A stretch of 64,000 nucleotides of DNA from a virus: positions 7,334-71,333 of the IMG/VR virus record IMGVR_UViG_3300036771_000036; one strand, written 5' to 3'. A model generated the notes under the pieces. The model made no database searches and had not been told where the DNA came from. It worked only from the letters and a program-made list of their open reading frames with translations. The stretch's first letter is position 1. The number at the start of each line of letters is the position of its first letter. The translations under genes were made by a program, and so were the position numbers. Shown one piece after another: positions 40,771 to 49,916 of this stretch.

Positions 40771-40969
40771 AATAGAGTTACACAGTGTCACGCTTTCCTG
40801 ATGGAGTAAACCCATTGAAGCCGTATGCAATCACTAGCCATATAAATCAGATGTGTTCTGATCGGTCTTATGGTGTTCATCATTCTAGTATCATGTGGTA
40901 TAATATTCCTTAACAACAGAATGGCTAATATGGGCGGTCGGCTAGTCTCCTGCAAAGGAGGTGATGCCT

Positions 40970-41053
40970 GTGGAAGTGAAAGATACACTTATGTTGATGA
41001 TTCAATTCGCAACGTTGGTGATTTTGATTCTTTCCTTCAACAAAAAGAAATAG
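40970..41053 (+). CDS. 27-aa type I toxin (holin-like toxin/BsrE-like) not in the ORF track
   Basis: AAAGGAGGTGA RBS; MEVKDTLMLMIQFATLVILILSFNKKK; TG-N-TATAAT at 40899-40904. Confidence 0.85.
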   Translation: MEVKDTLMLMIQFATLVILILSFNKKK

Positions 41054-41172
41054 ACCGCCCTCGGCAAAGGTGACGGTCATATTTCAATTACCTATGCACA
41101 GCCACCGCCCTTAGAAGCGGCTGTTGTAAAGAGTAGGGATGTTCGCGCATCCTTGCTCTTTTTTTATTGTAT
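41042..41172 (-). ncRNA. candidate convergent antitoxin RNA
   Basis: Minus-strand promoter-like TGGAAT-17-TACACT; hairpin GACCG...CGGTC with a T-tract overlapping the toxin stop; toxin terminator at 41130-41165. Confidence 0.5.
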
Positions 41173-41274
41173 CCATAGTGTAGCACATAAATTCCCAAAA
41201 TTCCACATTCACAATGCTGGTTATTGAACAGTTATAAGCTCATTCTTAAATGCCCAATAAGGAGATTAGGTAAA

Positions 41275-41664
41275 ATGGTAAAAGTGAAACCGATTCGTCC
41301 AACTAAAGTTATAGTCAATAGTGAAGAAGAATACAGAGCATTCGTTGATTTTGCTCATGGCGTGAATCAACCATATGACCAGATTATTGAGGAAATTAAT
41401 GAGAGATTAAGAAATCATGTTCGTTCACCTAAAAAGGGTAGTATTGAACATAAATTGATGCAGCAACGCTTGCAGGGATATCCCAATTTCAAGAATACCA
41501 TTGCTAAAGAATTGATTGATACCCACAATATTACTCCTGAATTAGCTACCAAATATGCTTTCAGTGACGAGATTAATGATCAAATCATGGATGATATTGC
41601 ATGGGCACAGTACATGGGGCCCGAGTATTGGGCAGATTCGGCAATGGATGAATTTGTGAGGTGA
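41275..41664 (+). CDS. small two-module protein, possible antitoxin mimic
   Basis: KPIRPT module shared with 11127..11393; second module ending YMGPEYWAD; AAGGAG RBS. Confidence 0.6.
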   Translation: MVKVKPIRPTKVIVNSEEEYRAFVDFAHGVNQPYDQIIEEINERLRNHVRSPKKGSIEHKLMQQRLQGYPNFKNTIAKELIDTHNITPELATKYAFSDEINDQIMDDIAWAQYMGPEYWADSAMDEFVR

Positions 41665-41966
41665 GGGAGGTTAAAATTCCTAATACACCATTAACACGTT
41701 CCAAATTAGCCAATCTACACTCACACACTCCAATGTCTGAACGTTTAGCAAAACGAAAGTCGATTGACTTATGCGACAATCATATCGTTGTTGATGTAGG
41801 CGATGGATTTGTAAAGATTGTTCCGATCAATACATCCAAGACCCACACATACATAGACAGTGAGTATGCTGAACAATTTCTAAAAGAAGTTCATAGCAAA
41901 CCAACTGAAGCAGTTAAGCAGCGCAACAAACAGGCACAAGCATTACTACATAGGTTACAACGTTAA
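41661..41966 (+). CDS. small two-module protein, possible antitoxin mimic
   Basis: C-terminal IDSEYAEQFLKEVHSKPTEAVKQRN resembles EGEDAKRLLDSLQNKPTERSRKN of the next gene. Confidence 0.6.
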   Translation: MREVKIPNTPLTRSKLANLHSHTPMSERLAKRKSIDLCDNHIVVDVGDGFVKIVPINTSKTHTYIDSEYAEQFLKEVHSKPTEAVKQRNKQAQALLHRLQR

Positions 41967-41988
41967 TACTGAATTCTAGGGGGATTGG

Positions 41989-42321
41989 ATGAAGGAATTT
42001 AAGGGATTGATTGAACAATTTGAAGAAAACAAGCAGCAATACTATACTCAAGAAAATCAACGAGAACGCAACCTAATCTCTACAACGCAATTGGCTTCTA
42101 CTCCAACACTTGAAGGTGAAGATGCTAAACGATTACTGGATTCTCTTCAGAACAAACCAACTGAACGATCACGCAAGAACGCTGAGAAACTGAAGGAGCA
42201 TTTTGCATCAATTGAACATGGCTATCTGAAGACCGCTAAAAGGCTTCCAAGAGTGAATGGAATTATAACATTGGATAGAAATAATGTGGATCATGTGGCG
42301 TGGGGTGAAGGGTATGAATAA
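41989..42321 (+). CDS. small multi-module protein, possible antitoxin mimic
   Basis: ASTPTLEGEDAKRLLDSL..KPT and LPRVNGIITLDRNNVDHVAW segments. Confidence 0.6.
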   Translation: MKEFKGLIEQFEENKQQYYTQENQRERNLISTTQLASTPTLEGEDAKRLLDSLQNKPTERSRKNAEKLKEHFASIEHGYLKTAKRLPRVNGIITLDRNNVDHVAWGEGYE

Positions 42322-42517
42322 TCAGGATAATCCAATGGCAAAAGTCAGAGAAATTGTTCAAAAAGCTATGAAGGAAAAGGGAATCACAATTGATGATGTA
42401 AGAGCAGACTTGGCAGCGTATAGACGTGGTGAAGAGTATACTTATGGTGAAGAATACATCGAAGAAGATGATTTTGTTCCTTATATGAACACAAAAGCGT
42501 GGGACGATTTTGAGTAA
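42314..42517 (+). CDS. small acidic protein
   Basis: MNNQDNPMAKVREIVQKAMKEKGITIDDVRADL; overlaps the previous stop. Confidence 0.6.
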   Translation: MNNQDNPMAKVREIVQKAMKEKGITIDDVRADLAAYRRGEEYTYGEEYIEEDDFVPYMNTKAWDDFE

Positions 42518-42556
42518 ACTCTTACATGGAAAAGTAGACGAAGGGAGTAGAGGCGA

Positions 42557-42715
42557 TTGATATTTAAAGATGCTGAGATCACACTAGATACACCTGAGAA
42601 AGTGGAACTGTTCAATAAATTGTTACACGAAAAGGGAAGAGTAAATGAAGATTTGATTCAAAAAATCAAAAATACACCTGCTATCCCAAGAAGAAAGAAG
42701 AGGGAGGTGACCTAA
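42557..42715 (+). CDS. 52-aa peptide not in the ORF track
   Basis: GGGAG..GAGG RBS, TTG start; MIFKDAEITLDTPEKVELFNKLL... Confidence 0.5.
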   Translation: MIFKDAEITLDTPEKVELFNKLLHEKGRVNEDLIQKIKNTPAIPRRKKREVT

Positions 42716-43318
42716 ATTACAGTACGCGACTCCCTCTACTTCTCCTTTGCTGGTGTTAAATCCGTTGATTACGGAATCCTTAATGTCAATCTAAGCAGTG
42801 GAATGCAAGAAGATATATTCTTTCCTTCACGAGAAATCATCGAAGAAAAAGTTAAAGGTAATGATAAGCCATATTTTATGCGGACTGAGACTGAGCCATT
42901 AAAGTTTTCAGTCTCTTTTGCGTTTGAGGAAACTTGGAACACGGAAAAAATACGAGAAGTTGCTCGATGGCTTACACAGCACGACTATTATCAAGAGCTT
43001 TACTTTGTTAATGAAGATGGATTAGGATCTGAACGAATATTCTATGCAATGTTTGTTGAAGACTCAACTCTTATTCACAATTGTCTCAAAGAAGGATACA
43101 TCAATCTAACGGTGCGTTGTGACTCGCCTTATACATATTCCCCTATTATGACTTCTCGTCTATATACTTGGGATTATGCTCCTGTTGAATTTGCTTATTC
43201 CGATTTCTCGCAAGGTATTAAACAATCCACAGTCGTTAACACACAAGGGCAACTTACACTAAATCCATATAAGCCAAAATGGTTAGATTATAAAGGCAAG
43301 AAGTGGTCTGAAATCTAA
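42716..43318 (+). CDS. distal tail protein (YomH-like), N-terminal part; ATT start
   Basis: GGGAGGTGA RBS then ATT-TVRDSLYFSFAGVKSVDYG in frame with track ORF 42803; GYINLTVRCDSPYTYS. Confidence 0.75.
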   Translation: MTVRDSLYFSFAGVKSVDYGILNVNLSSGMQEDIFFPSREIIEEKVKGNDKPYFMRTETEPLKFSVSFAFEETWNTEKIREVARWLTQHDYYQELYFVNEDGLGSERIFYAMFVEDSTLIHNCLKEGYINLTVRCDSPYTYSPIMTSRLYTWDYAPVEFAYSDFSQGIKQSTVVNTQGQLTLNPYKPKWLDYKGKKWSEI

Positions 43319-43335
43319 TAAGAAAGGAGATTAAA

Positions 43336-43971
43336 ATGTCCACTGAAACAACTAAGTTAAAACTTAAGATTCCCTCTTTTACCGATGAAATTGAAAGTAC
43401 TATACGAGAGCTTGGAACAAACTTCATAATGCTCGACGATATTTCAGATGATTATGTTACAGAGATACCAACAAGCGGGGATTTCCTGATCAAAAAACGA
43501 TTATATAATGACATTCCTGTTGTCGGTAAGTATGTAGGTTGGGTTAACACTCGCACTGGCAAAGCGGCTCCTAAGTGGCAACGCCTTAAATCTTACAAGA
43601 ATGGCGACTACATTGTACCAGATGTTGATAATGGTCATGTTTATATCTGTATTCAAACAGGATATTCCGGTTATACGGAACCAATCTTTCAGGTTTCTTC
43701 AGGCATTGAATTTAACGACACTCGCTTAGCTAGTGGGTGGGCTGCTACAACTCAATATAAACTCAATGACATCATACTGCCGACAATTGATAATGGTCGC
43801 TTTTACTTGTGTATTCAAGCAGGAGAGTCAGGAAACATAGAACCAACATGGCAACAAGTAGATGGGGCTACAACATATGATGGGAATGCGTCATGGGCTG
43901 GCTATCGTATTACAAAATGGAAAGAAGCTGGAGCCGCAGCATTCTTCAGACCATTTGGAAAGATCGAATAG
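43336..43971 (+). CDS. fibre-like protein with two carbohydrate-binding-like repeats
   Basis: Two W..Y..D.I.P..DNG..Y.CIQ.G.SG..EP repeats. Confidence 0.65.
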   Translation: MSTETTKLKLKIPSFTDEIESTIRELGTNFIMLDDISDDYVTEIPTSGDFLIKKRLYNDIPVVGKYVGWVNTRTGKAAPKWQRLKSYKNGDYIVPDVDNGHVYICIQTGYSGYTEPIFQVSSGIEFNDTRLASGWAATTQYKLNDIILPTIDNGRFYLCIQAGESGNIEPTWQQVDGATTYDGNASWAGYRITKWKEAGAAAFFRPFGKIE

Positions 43972-43979
43972 GTGCTACT

Positions 43980-44618
43980 ATGACTACATGGAATTCACTT
44001 ATCAATTTAAAGGGTCACTATACTTCAGAACCCCTCCCTGTTACCGCTGAGGCAGACAATGTAATTACTAAAATATCTTGGATAAGTAGTTCTCCTACTG
44101 GATCAAATGTCACCATACAAACTAGACTCAGTAAAGATGGCGTCAATTGGACTGAGTGGCAGAACTGTATTAATGGTGCTCACATTCCTGATATCACAGA
44201 AGAAACTTCCACTTACAATACTAAGATTATGTTCCGAGTTCTCATTAATTCCTCAAGCTATGACATTAAACCTTCCTTTACTAAAATCACACTCTATTAT
44301 GAACCAGTCCTTGTCTTTGATAATAAAGGGGATATGAACTGTTCGCCTGAAATATGGATTACCAAGCAAGGAAATGGAGATTTCAGCATAGTAAATACTT
44401 CTCACAACAATGATGAGTTCAAGTTCACTAACCTGATCCACGATGAGACTGTGTACGTTGACAATGAAAAACAAGACATTGAAACGTCTTTAGCAGTTAC
44501 TTATCGCTACAAAGACTTTAATGACAATTATCTCTCTTTTCCTATAGGTAAAAATATACTTAGGGTAACTGGAGACGCCGAAATCAAATTTAGATATCAA
44601 TTCACATTATTACAATAG
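43980..44618 (+). CDS. distal tail protein, C-terminal part
   Basis: NKGDMNCSPEIWITKQGNGD...FNDNYLSFPIGKNILRVTG Dit C-terminal pattern. Confidence 0.7.
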   Translation: MTTWNSLINLKGHYTSEPLPVTAEADNVITKISWISSSPTGSNVTIQTRLSKDGVNWTEWQNCINGAHIPDITEETSTYNTKIMFRVLINSSSYDIKPSFTKITLYYEPVLVFDNKGDMNCSPEIWITKQGNGDFSIVNTSHNNDEFKFTNLIHDETVYVDNEKQDIETSLAVTYRYKDFNDNYLSFPIGKNILRVTGDAEIKFRYQFTLLQ

Positions 44619-44626
44619 GAGGATAA

Positions 44627-45100
44627 ATGGCAGGAGTAGCTTATAAAGGATCAACAATTCAAGAATCAAACAAAAGTGGACATGTGTCTTATGTTGAACG
44701 TTATCAAAGTGGAACAGAATGTTCATCGTGGGATCAATTCGGCAATTGCACAGGTTATAGTCCTGTCTATAGCACAACCACTCACACAACAGGGGCAAAA
44801 ATTACAGGGACGCTTAATTCAACATCCACTGTCTATGTAAATGGACAACCGATTGCGTCTGTATCATCCCCAACACAAGAACAGTGGACTGCTGATCCTT
44901 CTCCATCGCCAAAACTAGGTGGTTCAATTATTTCAATCAGTCCCGGTACATCAGGTAGCGGCTCAGGCAGTGTTTCATCTGGAAGTTCCTCTGTTTTTGT
45001 TGGTGGCAAAGCAGTATCTAGCATCGGTAAAAATGTTAATACACATCTGGGTACGACAACTACAATTACCTCTGGCAGTAGCAATGTATTCGTTAACTAA
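44627..45100 (+). CDS. PAAR-like (gp5.4-like) spike tip protein
   Basis: Three repeats: STVYVNGQPIASV, GSSSVFVGGKAVSSIG, GSSNVFVN. Confidence 0.7.
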   Translation: MAGVAYKGSTIQESNKSGHVSYVERYQSGTECSSWDQFGNCTGYSPVYSTTTHTTGAKITGTLNSTSTVYVNGQPIASVSSPTQEQWTADPSPSPKLGGSIISISPGTSGSGSGSVSSGSSSVFVGGKAVSSIGKNVNTHLGTTTTITSGSSNVFVN

Positions 45101-45114
45101 AAGGAGGTGAACAT

Positions 45115-46269
45115 TTGCCAGAACTATATACACATCTACAATACAACGATCCGATGACAATCATCGCACGTAGCGGAACTGATTCAGATCCATATATAAA
45201 TCGTACTGATTCGCTACCAGTTATCAATGGATTGATTACACTTTTAGAAATACCATCAGTAACAGACAAAGTATTGATCTCAGGTCTTACTGAAGTTGAT
45301 CAAGAGTTATACGAAAATAAGCCAATGCTTAAACCTAATGAATTCCTTGTTCACTACGGTATGGGAGTCATCCAATTCCACGATTCACAAGAAGGAAAAA
45401 CCCACATATGCAGATACAAGGGTCGTGGATTAATTATGTATCCTGCCTCTCGTATTTACGCCATGGTTACACGTCACCCCGATGTTGTAATCACCCTTCA
45501 AGATTATATTGATCAAATCCAAGAAAAGATTAATGAAAATCAAATTGCGTTAAGACGTATTGAGCAAGCAATTAAAGAATCTAAGGATCAAACTGTACTT
45601 GCAAAATTAGCCACAGATAGTGCAAATACTGCCGCTAACGATGCAACTCTCGCAGCTAACAAAGCATTAGATGCTTACTCTACTACTCGACTTGTTTTTA
45701 AACCACCTGTTGAAGACATGTATAAACTTGTTGAGACTTACCCCAATCCCGCTGTTGGTTGGACTGTTCAGACGTACAAGGATGGTAAGAGATACAGATA
45801 CAACGGTAACCAATGGATTGAAATCGATATTTTTGGCTCTAATCTTCAGCCTGTAAATGAGTTCAAAGATGGCTTAATGAGTGTGGCTGAACATTTGAAA
45901 TTAAAAGACATCCCATTAGAAGTTCAAGATAGAGTCATTGTGTTCTGCAAAGAGTCTGATGTGTTTGCTGAAATCATAAATGTGCCTGCACCCTTCCCTT
46001 TCAATGGAGAAATCGTTGAGGTTAAGGGTTTTTGTGGTACTTCCGGCGAGACGGAAACAGAAATTGATATTGAGAAAACGAGAGATTTAAAGAATTGGAC
46101 GAGTGTTTTAGGTAAGAAGATTCATTTTAAAGCAAATGAGCATTTTGATGACCGAACACTAGTAGTAAAAACAAAAACAGTGAACGCTGGAGATTTATTT
46201 CGTCTCAATGTCAGCAAATCAGGAGTGAATTTTCAAGACTTAACAATTCACTTAACAATTAGAACGTAA
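45115..46269 (+). CDS. baseplate/fibre-attachment protein
   Basis: Coiled coil, YPNPAVGWTV...YRYNGNQW, DGLMSVAEHLKL fibre motifs. Confidence 0.6.
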   Translation: MPELYTHLQYNDPMTIIARSGTDSDPYINRTDSLPVINGLITLLEIPSVTDKVLISGLTEVDQELYENKPMLKPNEFLVHYGMGVIQFHDSQEGKTHICRYKGRGLIMYPASRIYAMVTRHPDVVITLQDYIDQIQEKINENQIALRRIEQAIKESKDQTVLAKLATDSANTAANDATLAANKALDAYSTTRLVFKPPVEDMYKLVETYPNPAVGWTVQTYKDGKRYRYNGNQWIEIDIFGSNLQPVNEFKDGLMSVAEHLKLKDIPLEVQDRVIVFCKESDVFAEIINVPAPFPFNGEIVEVKGFCGTSGETETEIDIEKTRDLKNWTSVLGKKIHFKANEHFDDRTLVVKTKTVNAGDLFRLNVSKSGVNFQDLTIHLTIRT

Positions 46270-46286
46270 AGGAGTTAATACATAAT

Positions 46287-46847
46287 ATGGCAAAACCGAT
46301 AGTTACTTGGTACAACGCTACACATACGGCAGAAGTTACAGCACCATATGATTTCAACACAATCGATGCCGATACCAAAGGGCCAATTCACATCTTTAAT
46401 ATCTGGAATAATCGCTATGTTGCCAATAAAGGCACAGGCGTAGAGGATGTTGCTAAGATGGAAGATTGCACAATTACCACACGAGATATGGGAAATGGTA
46501 CAGGTGATACACCTCAATATAATATTGAAGTAGTAAAAAATAACTGGTTTCATGCTCAAGTAGATTCATTAAGTGAAACAGACATCGACCAAGATACAAG
46601 CAAAATTGGTAAGATTGCCTCTAAACCTATTGGTACTACTGGTAAAACAACAAAAAAATCAGACGGAAGCCTCTATGATACACCAAGGGTTCCCGGGACA
46701 AAAGAGATTTTAGGTGTGTCGAACAACGGCACACCTACTGATGCAGCAGGCAACTACGTTACAGTTTCATTGCGTTGTGCAGTACCATTGGATGCTTCGA
46801 GCGGCAAACAGGCGTTTAAGCTCCGTGTTTCTTACCGCTATGTGTAA
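46287..46847 (+). CDS. structural protein
   Basis: 186 aa, strong RBS, followed by a terminator at about 46866-46900. Confidence 0.6.
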   Translation: MAKPIVTWYNATHTAEVTAPYDFNTIDADTKGPIHIFNIWNNRYVANKGTGVEDVAKMEDCTITTRDMGNGTGDTPQYNIEVVKNNWFHAQVDSLSETDIDQDTSKIGKIASKPIGTTGKTTKKSDGSLYDTPRVPGTKEILGVSNNGTPTDAAGNYVTVSLRCAVPLDASSGKQAFKLRVSYRYV

Positions 46848-46915
46848 GTAGTTACATATTTAATTCAGAGGGCAGATTATACTGCTCTCTTTTATTTTTT
46901 TATGGAGGTAACTTT

Positions 46916-47533
46916 ATGATTTTAGGTAATCCGCAATACAATAGATCTCCTGTTCCTGCTATTCAAAATTTCATTTGGGTAGCTGATTACTATGACGGGA
47001 CTTCGTTTTTAGAGTACGATACTAAGCTAAAAAAGAAGAACAATTACAACGAAATTGAAAGAGAAAAGTTAATTGCTTTTGGATTAATTGGCGAAGGCAG
47101 TCAAATTTATTTTGATGTTGCTAACGGAATCTTTAATATAAATGGCCACCGTCTAATGGTTTCCTATCAAGCAGGCGATCAAGAGTATCCGTTGACGGGC
47201 AGAACTCTCGTTTACAACGATATAGAGCAATACAAAAATGCCTCATCAGATGCAAACATACTATCAAGAAAGACTCAAGGTAATTTTGATTCTCAAATTG
47301 ATCAATACAACATTGGATACAGTAAACAAATGTTTTTACTGGATGCAAATATTAGCTTCAAGTGCATGGTCTCTATCCCTTACAATCAGTCTCCGTACCT
47401 TCAAATCAGTATAACTTCAGACTTAGACATGGACGGTAAACTGATCTTTCGAACGAACGGTTTAATTGTAGATGAAGTACATGCACCTTTAAAAGATAAT
47501 ATGTCAGGTAATATCAATTGGGAAATTCGTTAG
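46916..47533 (+). CDS. hypothetical tail-region protein
   Basis: 205-aa ORF with GGAGG RBS. Confidence 0.6.
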   Translation: MILGNPQYNRSPVPAIQNFIWVADYYDGTSFLEYDTKLKKKNNYNEIEREKLIAFGLIGEGSQIYFDVANGIFNINGHRLMVSYQAGDQEYPLTGRTLVYNDIEQYKNASSDANILSRKTQGNFDSQIDQYNIGYSKQMFLLDANISFKCMVSIPYNQSPYLQISITSDLDMDGKLIFRTNGLIVDEVHAPLKDNMSGNINWEIR

Positions 47534-47545
47534 TGAGGTGATTGC

Positions 47546-48124
47546 ATGTCTACAAAGGAAATTGGACTCCCCGTCTCCTTATCGCAAGGGACGTACATAA
47601 ATACAGAATACAAGAATGGCAAATTACAATTAAAAGAAGTTGCAGCAGACTCTAATGGAAATCCTACTTATCATCCTCAGGGTACTTGGGAATCGCCTGT
47701 AATTTCAATCGGGGACCTAGTAACAGCATTTGAACGTGTTGTAAAAAACCTGTCCACTTCAGGAACTAATGCTAAATACAGGATATATACAAAGTCATCC
47801 CAAAATAATGTGAACTGGTCTGACTATGTTGAGATTAATTACGATGACAGCTCTATCAAGAGTCCTGTGGGACTGTACGCACGAATAAAAATTGAATTCT
47901 CTACAACACTCTCGCCCACTTTGTTTATGTTAGATAATTTTAAAGATGGGAGATATGATTCTGATTATGTTGATTCATCCAATGGTGTATTGAAGCTGAA
48001 GAGAAATCATACAATTCAATTTATGGTGGATGATCAATGGTCAGGTACGGGCCACCTTTTTATAGCAAAAATTGTACGAAACAAAATAGATAAAATCAAT
48101 GGTTTACACATAATTACAGGATAA
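47546..48124 (+). CDS. fibre adaptor-like beta-sandwich protein
   Basis: LSQGTYINT..GKLQL...GTWESP...NWSDY; degenerate copy of the C-terminal tag of the next genes. Confidence 0.55.
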   Translation: MSTKEIGLPVSLSQGTYINTEYKNGKLQLKEVAADSNGNPTYHPQGTWESPVISIGDLVTAFERVVKNLSTSGTNAKYRIYTKSSQNNVNWSDYVEINYDDSSIKSPVGLYARIKIEFSTTLSPTLFMLDNFKDGRYDSDYVDSSNGVLKLKRNHTIQFMVDDQWSGTGHLFIAKIVRNKIDKINGLHIITG

Positions 48125-48139
48125 TTGGGAGGTGTATGG

Positions 48140-49888
48140 ATGGCTTTAATAGGAGATCAATTAATAGAGCCTGAAAGTGGTTGGAGAAGAATAGATGATC
48201 AGGAGATTTATTTCGTTCGAGACGCTTACTCCGCTTGGACACTCTATTCCCATGCTAGTGCTTATCAAGGTTCTTATCTTTATGCAAGTATCCCGAGCGG
48301 TGAAACAAAAATCAACTTCAATTTCATTGGAACTAAGATTAGAATCATTGACGTTATGCATCAGAACAGGGGTATCTCAAAAATTACGATTGACGGAATC
48401 GAATACACTTATTCTTCTACAGATTCAAGTTCTGGTAATTTTCAACGTCTTGTTTTTGAGTTACTAGATTTACCAAAGAAGAGACATAATGTGACCATTT
48501 CATATGTTTCTGGGACATATATATCTCTAGATGCTATTGATATTGATTTAAATGGACGCCTACTTCACCCTGATGAGGTAACAGACTTAAGAGATATTTC
48601 TATTGGTAAATGCATTAGAGCAAATTACACAACAGACAATGCTAATACAGTAGGCAGACTGTCTAATTTGGGTAAAGAAACGAATGAATTTATCCCCGTT
48701 GGCGGAACTGCAATACCTGCTGGGGATTTTTACTATGTCCTTGTTCATGAAGACACTGATAATTTTTTCACACTAATACCAGATCGAAATATACAACACT
48801 CAATCTCTCCGAACACAATAGCTACTGCTGGCTTTAGTAATGTTGATGGGGTAATCCCTCCTTCTGGATTAGTTAGTTTTGTTCCAAAAATGACATCTAA
48901 TAATTCTCCGTATGGAGTAGCCTCATCTAGCTCACTTTATGCAGACACTGATGGTTATAGGGCTTGGAGAGCTTTTGATAAAACAGATACAGGTTGGCTA
49001 CATGCCAGAAGTAGTGTAGTTGGGTCATGGATTAGATATGGTATGGATATCCCTAAAGTTTTAAAAGCATATGCCATTCAAGTTGGTACAGCAACGTCAA
49101 CAGACGCTCCTCAAGGGTGGAGAGTAGAAGGATCAAACGATAATGGAACAACATGGGAAACGATTGACACGAGGACTGGTCAATCATGGTCATCAATGCA
49201 AAAGAGAATCTATGCAACCCCTAACAATGAGAAGGCTTTTAAAGATCATCGAGTTATTATTACAGCTAACGGTGGTGGAGCCTATGCCCGTGTATCAGAA
49301 GTGGACTTCTTTGAAGCAGGAGAACCTTTCTCAGATAGTAAAGTACGCTTGATGTCGGGTGGTATAAATTCAACAGATAAAAACAACGAATGGGACAAAT
49401 ATATTGTTAATTCTAATCTAAACGGAACCGTTCAATCAGGTAATAATGCAGTTTGGAATTGGCAGAATGTTTCCTCTATTACACTGTCGGCCTATGAAGT
49501 CACACCTGCTAATAAGGTGATAAGAGGTGGTACGAGTGTTGTTGCATTTGACAACATTGCAGTGACAGTCACTACTGCCAATTCTACGGGGTTCCGACCT
49601 CTCTTAAAAATTAAAAGAGCATTTCAAAATAGATCTTTTATCAAAGACAATGAACAATATAAAAAATGGTCTACAGACGACAATCAGTGGAGAACAGTTT
49701 CCTATGATCTACCTTCAGACAATGCATTCCTGAGTGATGGCATGCAAGATTTATCGATACTTGACCGTAAAGCAACCGAATTTGTTCAAACCATGTCAAC
49801 TTCTGGATCACTGGGGTCAGGTAGAGTCTTTACTACTCCACTCAATCTAAAGAAATACATAGAGATCACAAATTTGTCTGTAAAATAA
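48140..49888 (+). CDS. discoidin (F5/8 type C)-like receptor-binding protein 1
   Basis: PKMTSN, AWRAFD, PQGWRVEGSNDNGTTWETIDTR; C-terminal LGSGRVF. Confidence 0.75.
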   Translation: MALIGDQLIEPESGWRRIDDQEIYFVRDAYSAWTLYSHASAYQGSYLYASIPSGETKINFNFIGTKIRIIDVMHQNRGISKITIDGIEYTYSSTDSSSGNFQRLVFELLDLPKKRHNVTISYVSGTYISLDAIDIDLNGRLLHPDEVTDLRDISIGKCIRANYTTDNANTVGRLSNLGKETNEFIPVGGTAIPAGDFYYVLVHEDTDNFFTLIPDRNIQHSISPNTIATAGFSNVDGVIPPSGLVSFVPKMTSNNSPYGVASSSSLYADTDGYRAWRAFDKTDTGWLHARSSVVGSWIRYGMDIPKVLKAYAIQVGTATSTDAPQGWRVEGSNDNGTTWETIDTRTGQSWSSMQKRIYATPNNEKAFKDHRVIITANGGGAYARVSEVDFFEAGEPFSDSKVRLMSGGINSTDKNNEWDKYIVNSNLNGTVQSGNNAVWNWQNVSSITLSAYEVTPANKVIRGGTSVVAFDNIAVTVTTANSTGFRPLLKIKRAFQNRSFIKDNEQYKKWSTDDNQWRTVSYDLPSDNAFLSDGMQDLSILDRKATEFVQTMSTSGSLGSGRVFTTPLNLKKYIEITNLSVK

Positions 49889-49916
49889 TGATTTCAATTA
49901 GAAAGGAGATGGATTA

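Noticed and set aside
40870-41073. 67-aa ORF from the track
   Set aside because: It overlaps the promoter and leader of the better-supported 27-aa toxin in another frame.
43319-43979. Self-splicing intron interrupting the distal tail gene
   Set aside because: The insert is filled by a structural-looking ORF with its own RBS; no homing endonuclease/RT motifs and no room for a ribozyme core.
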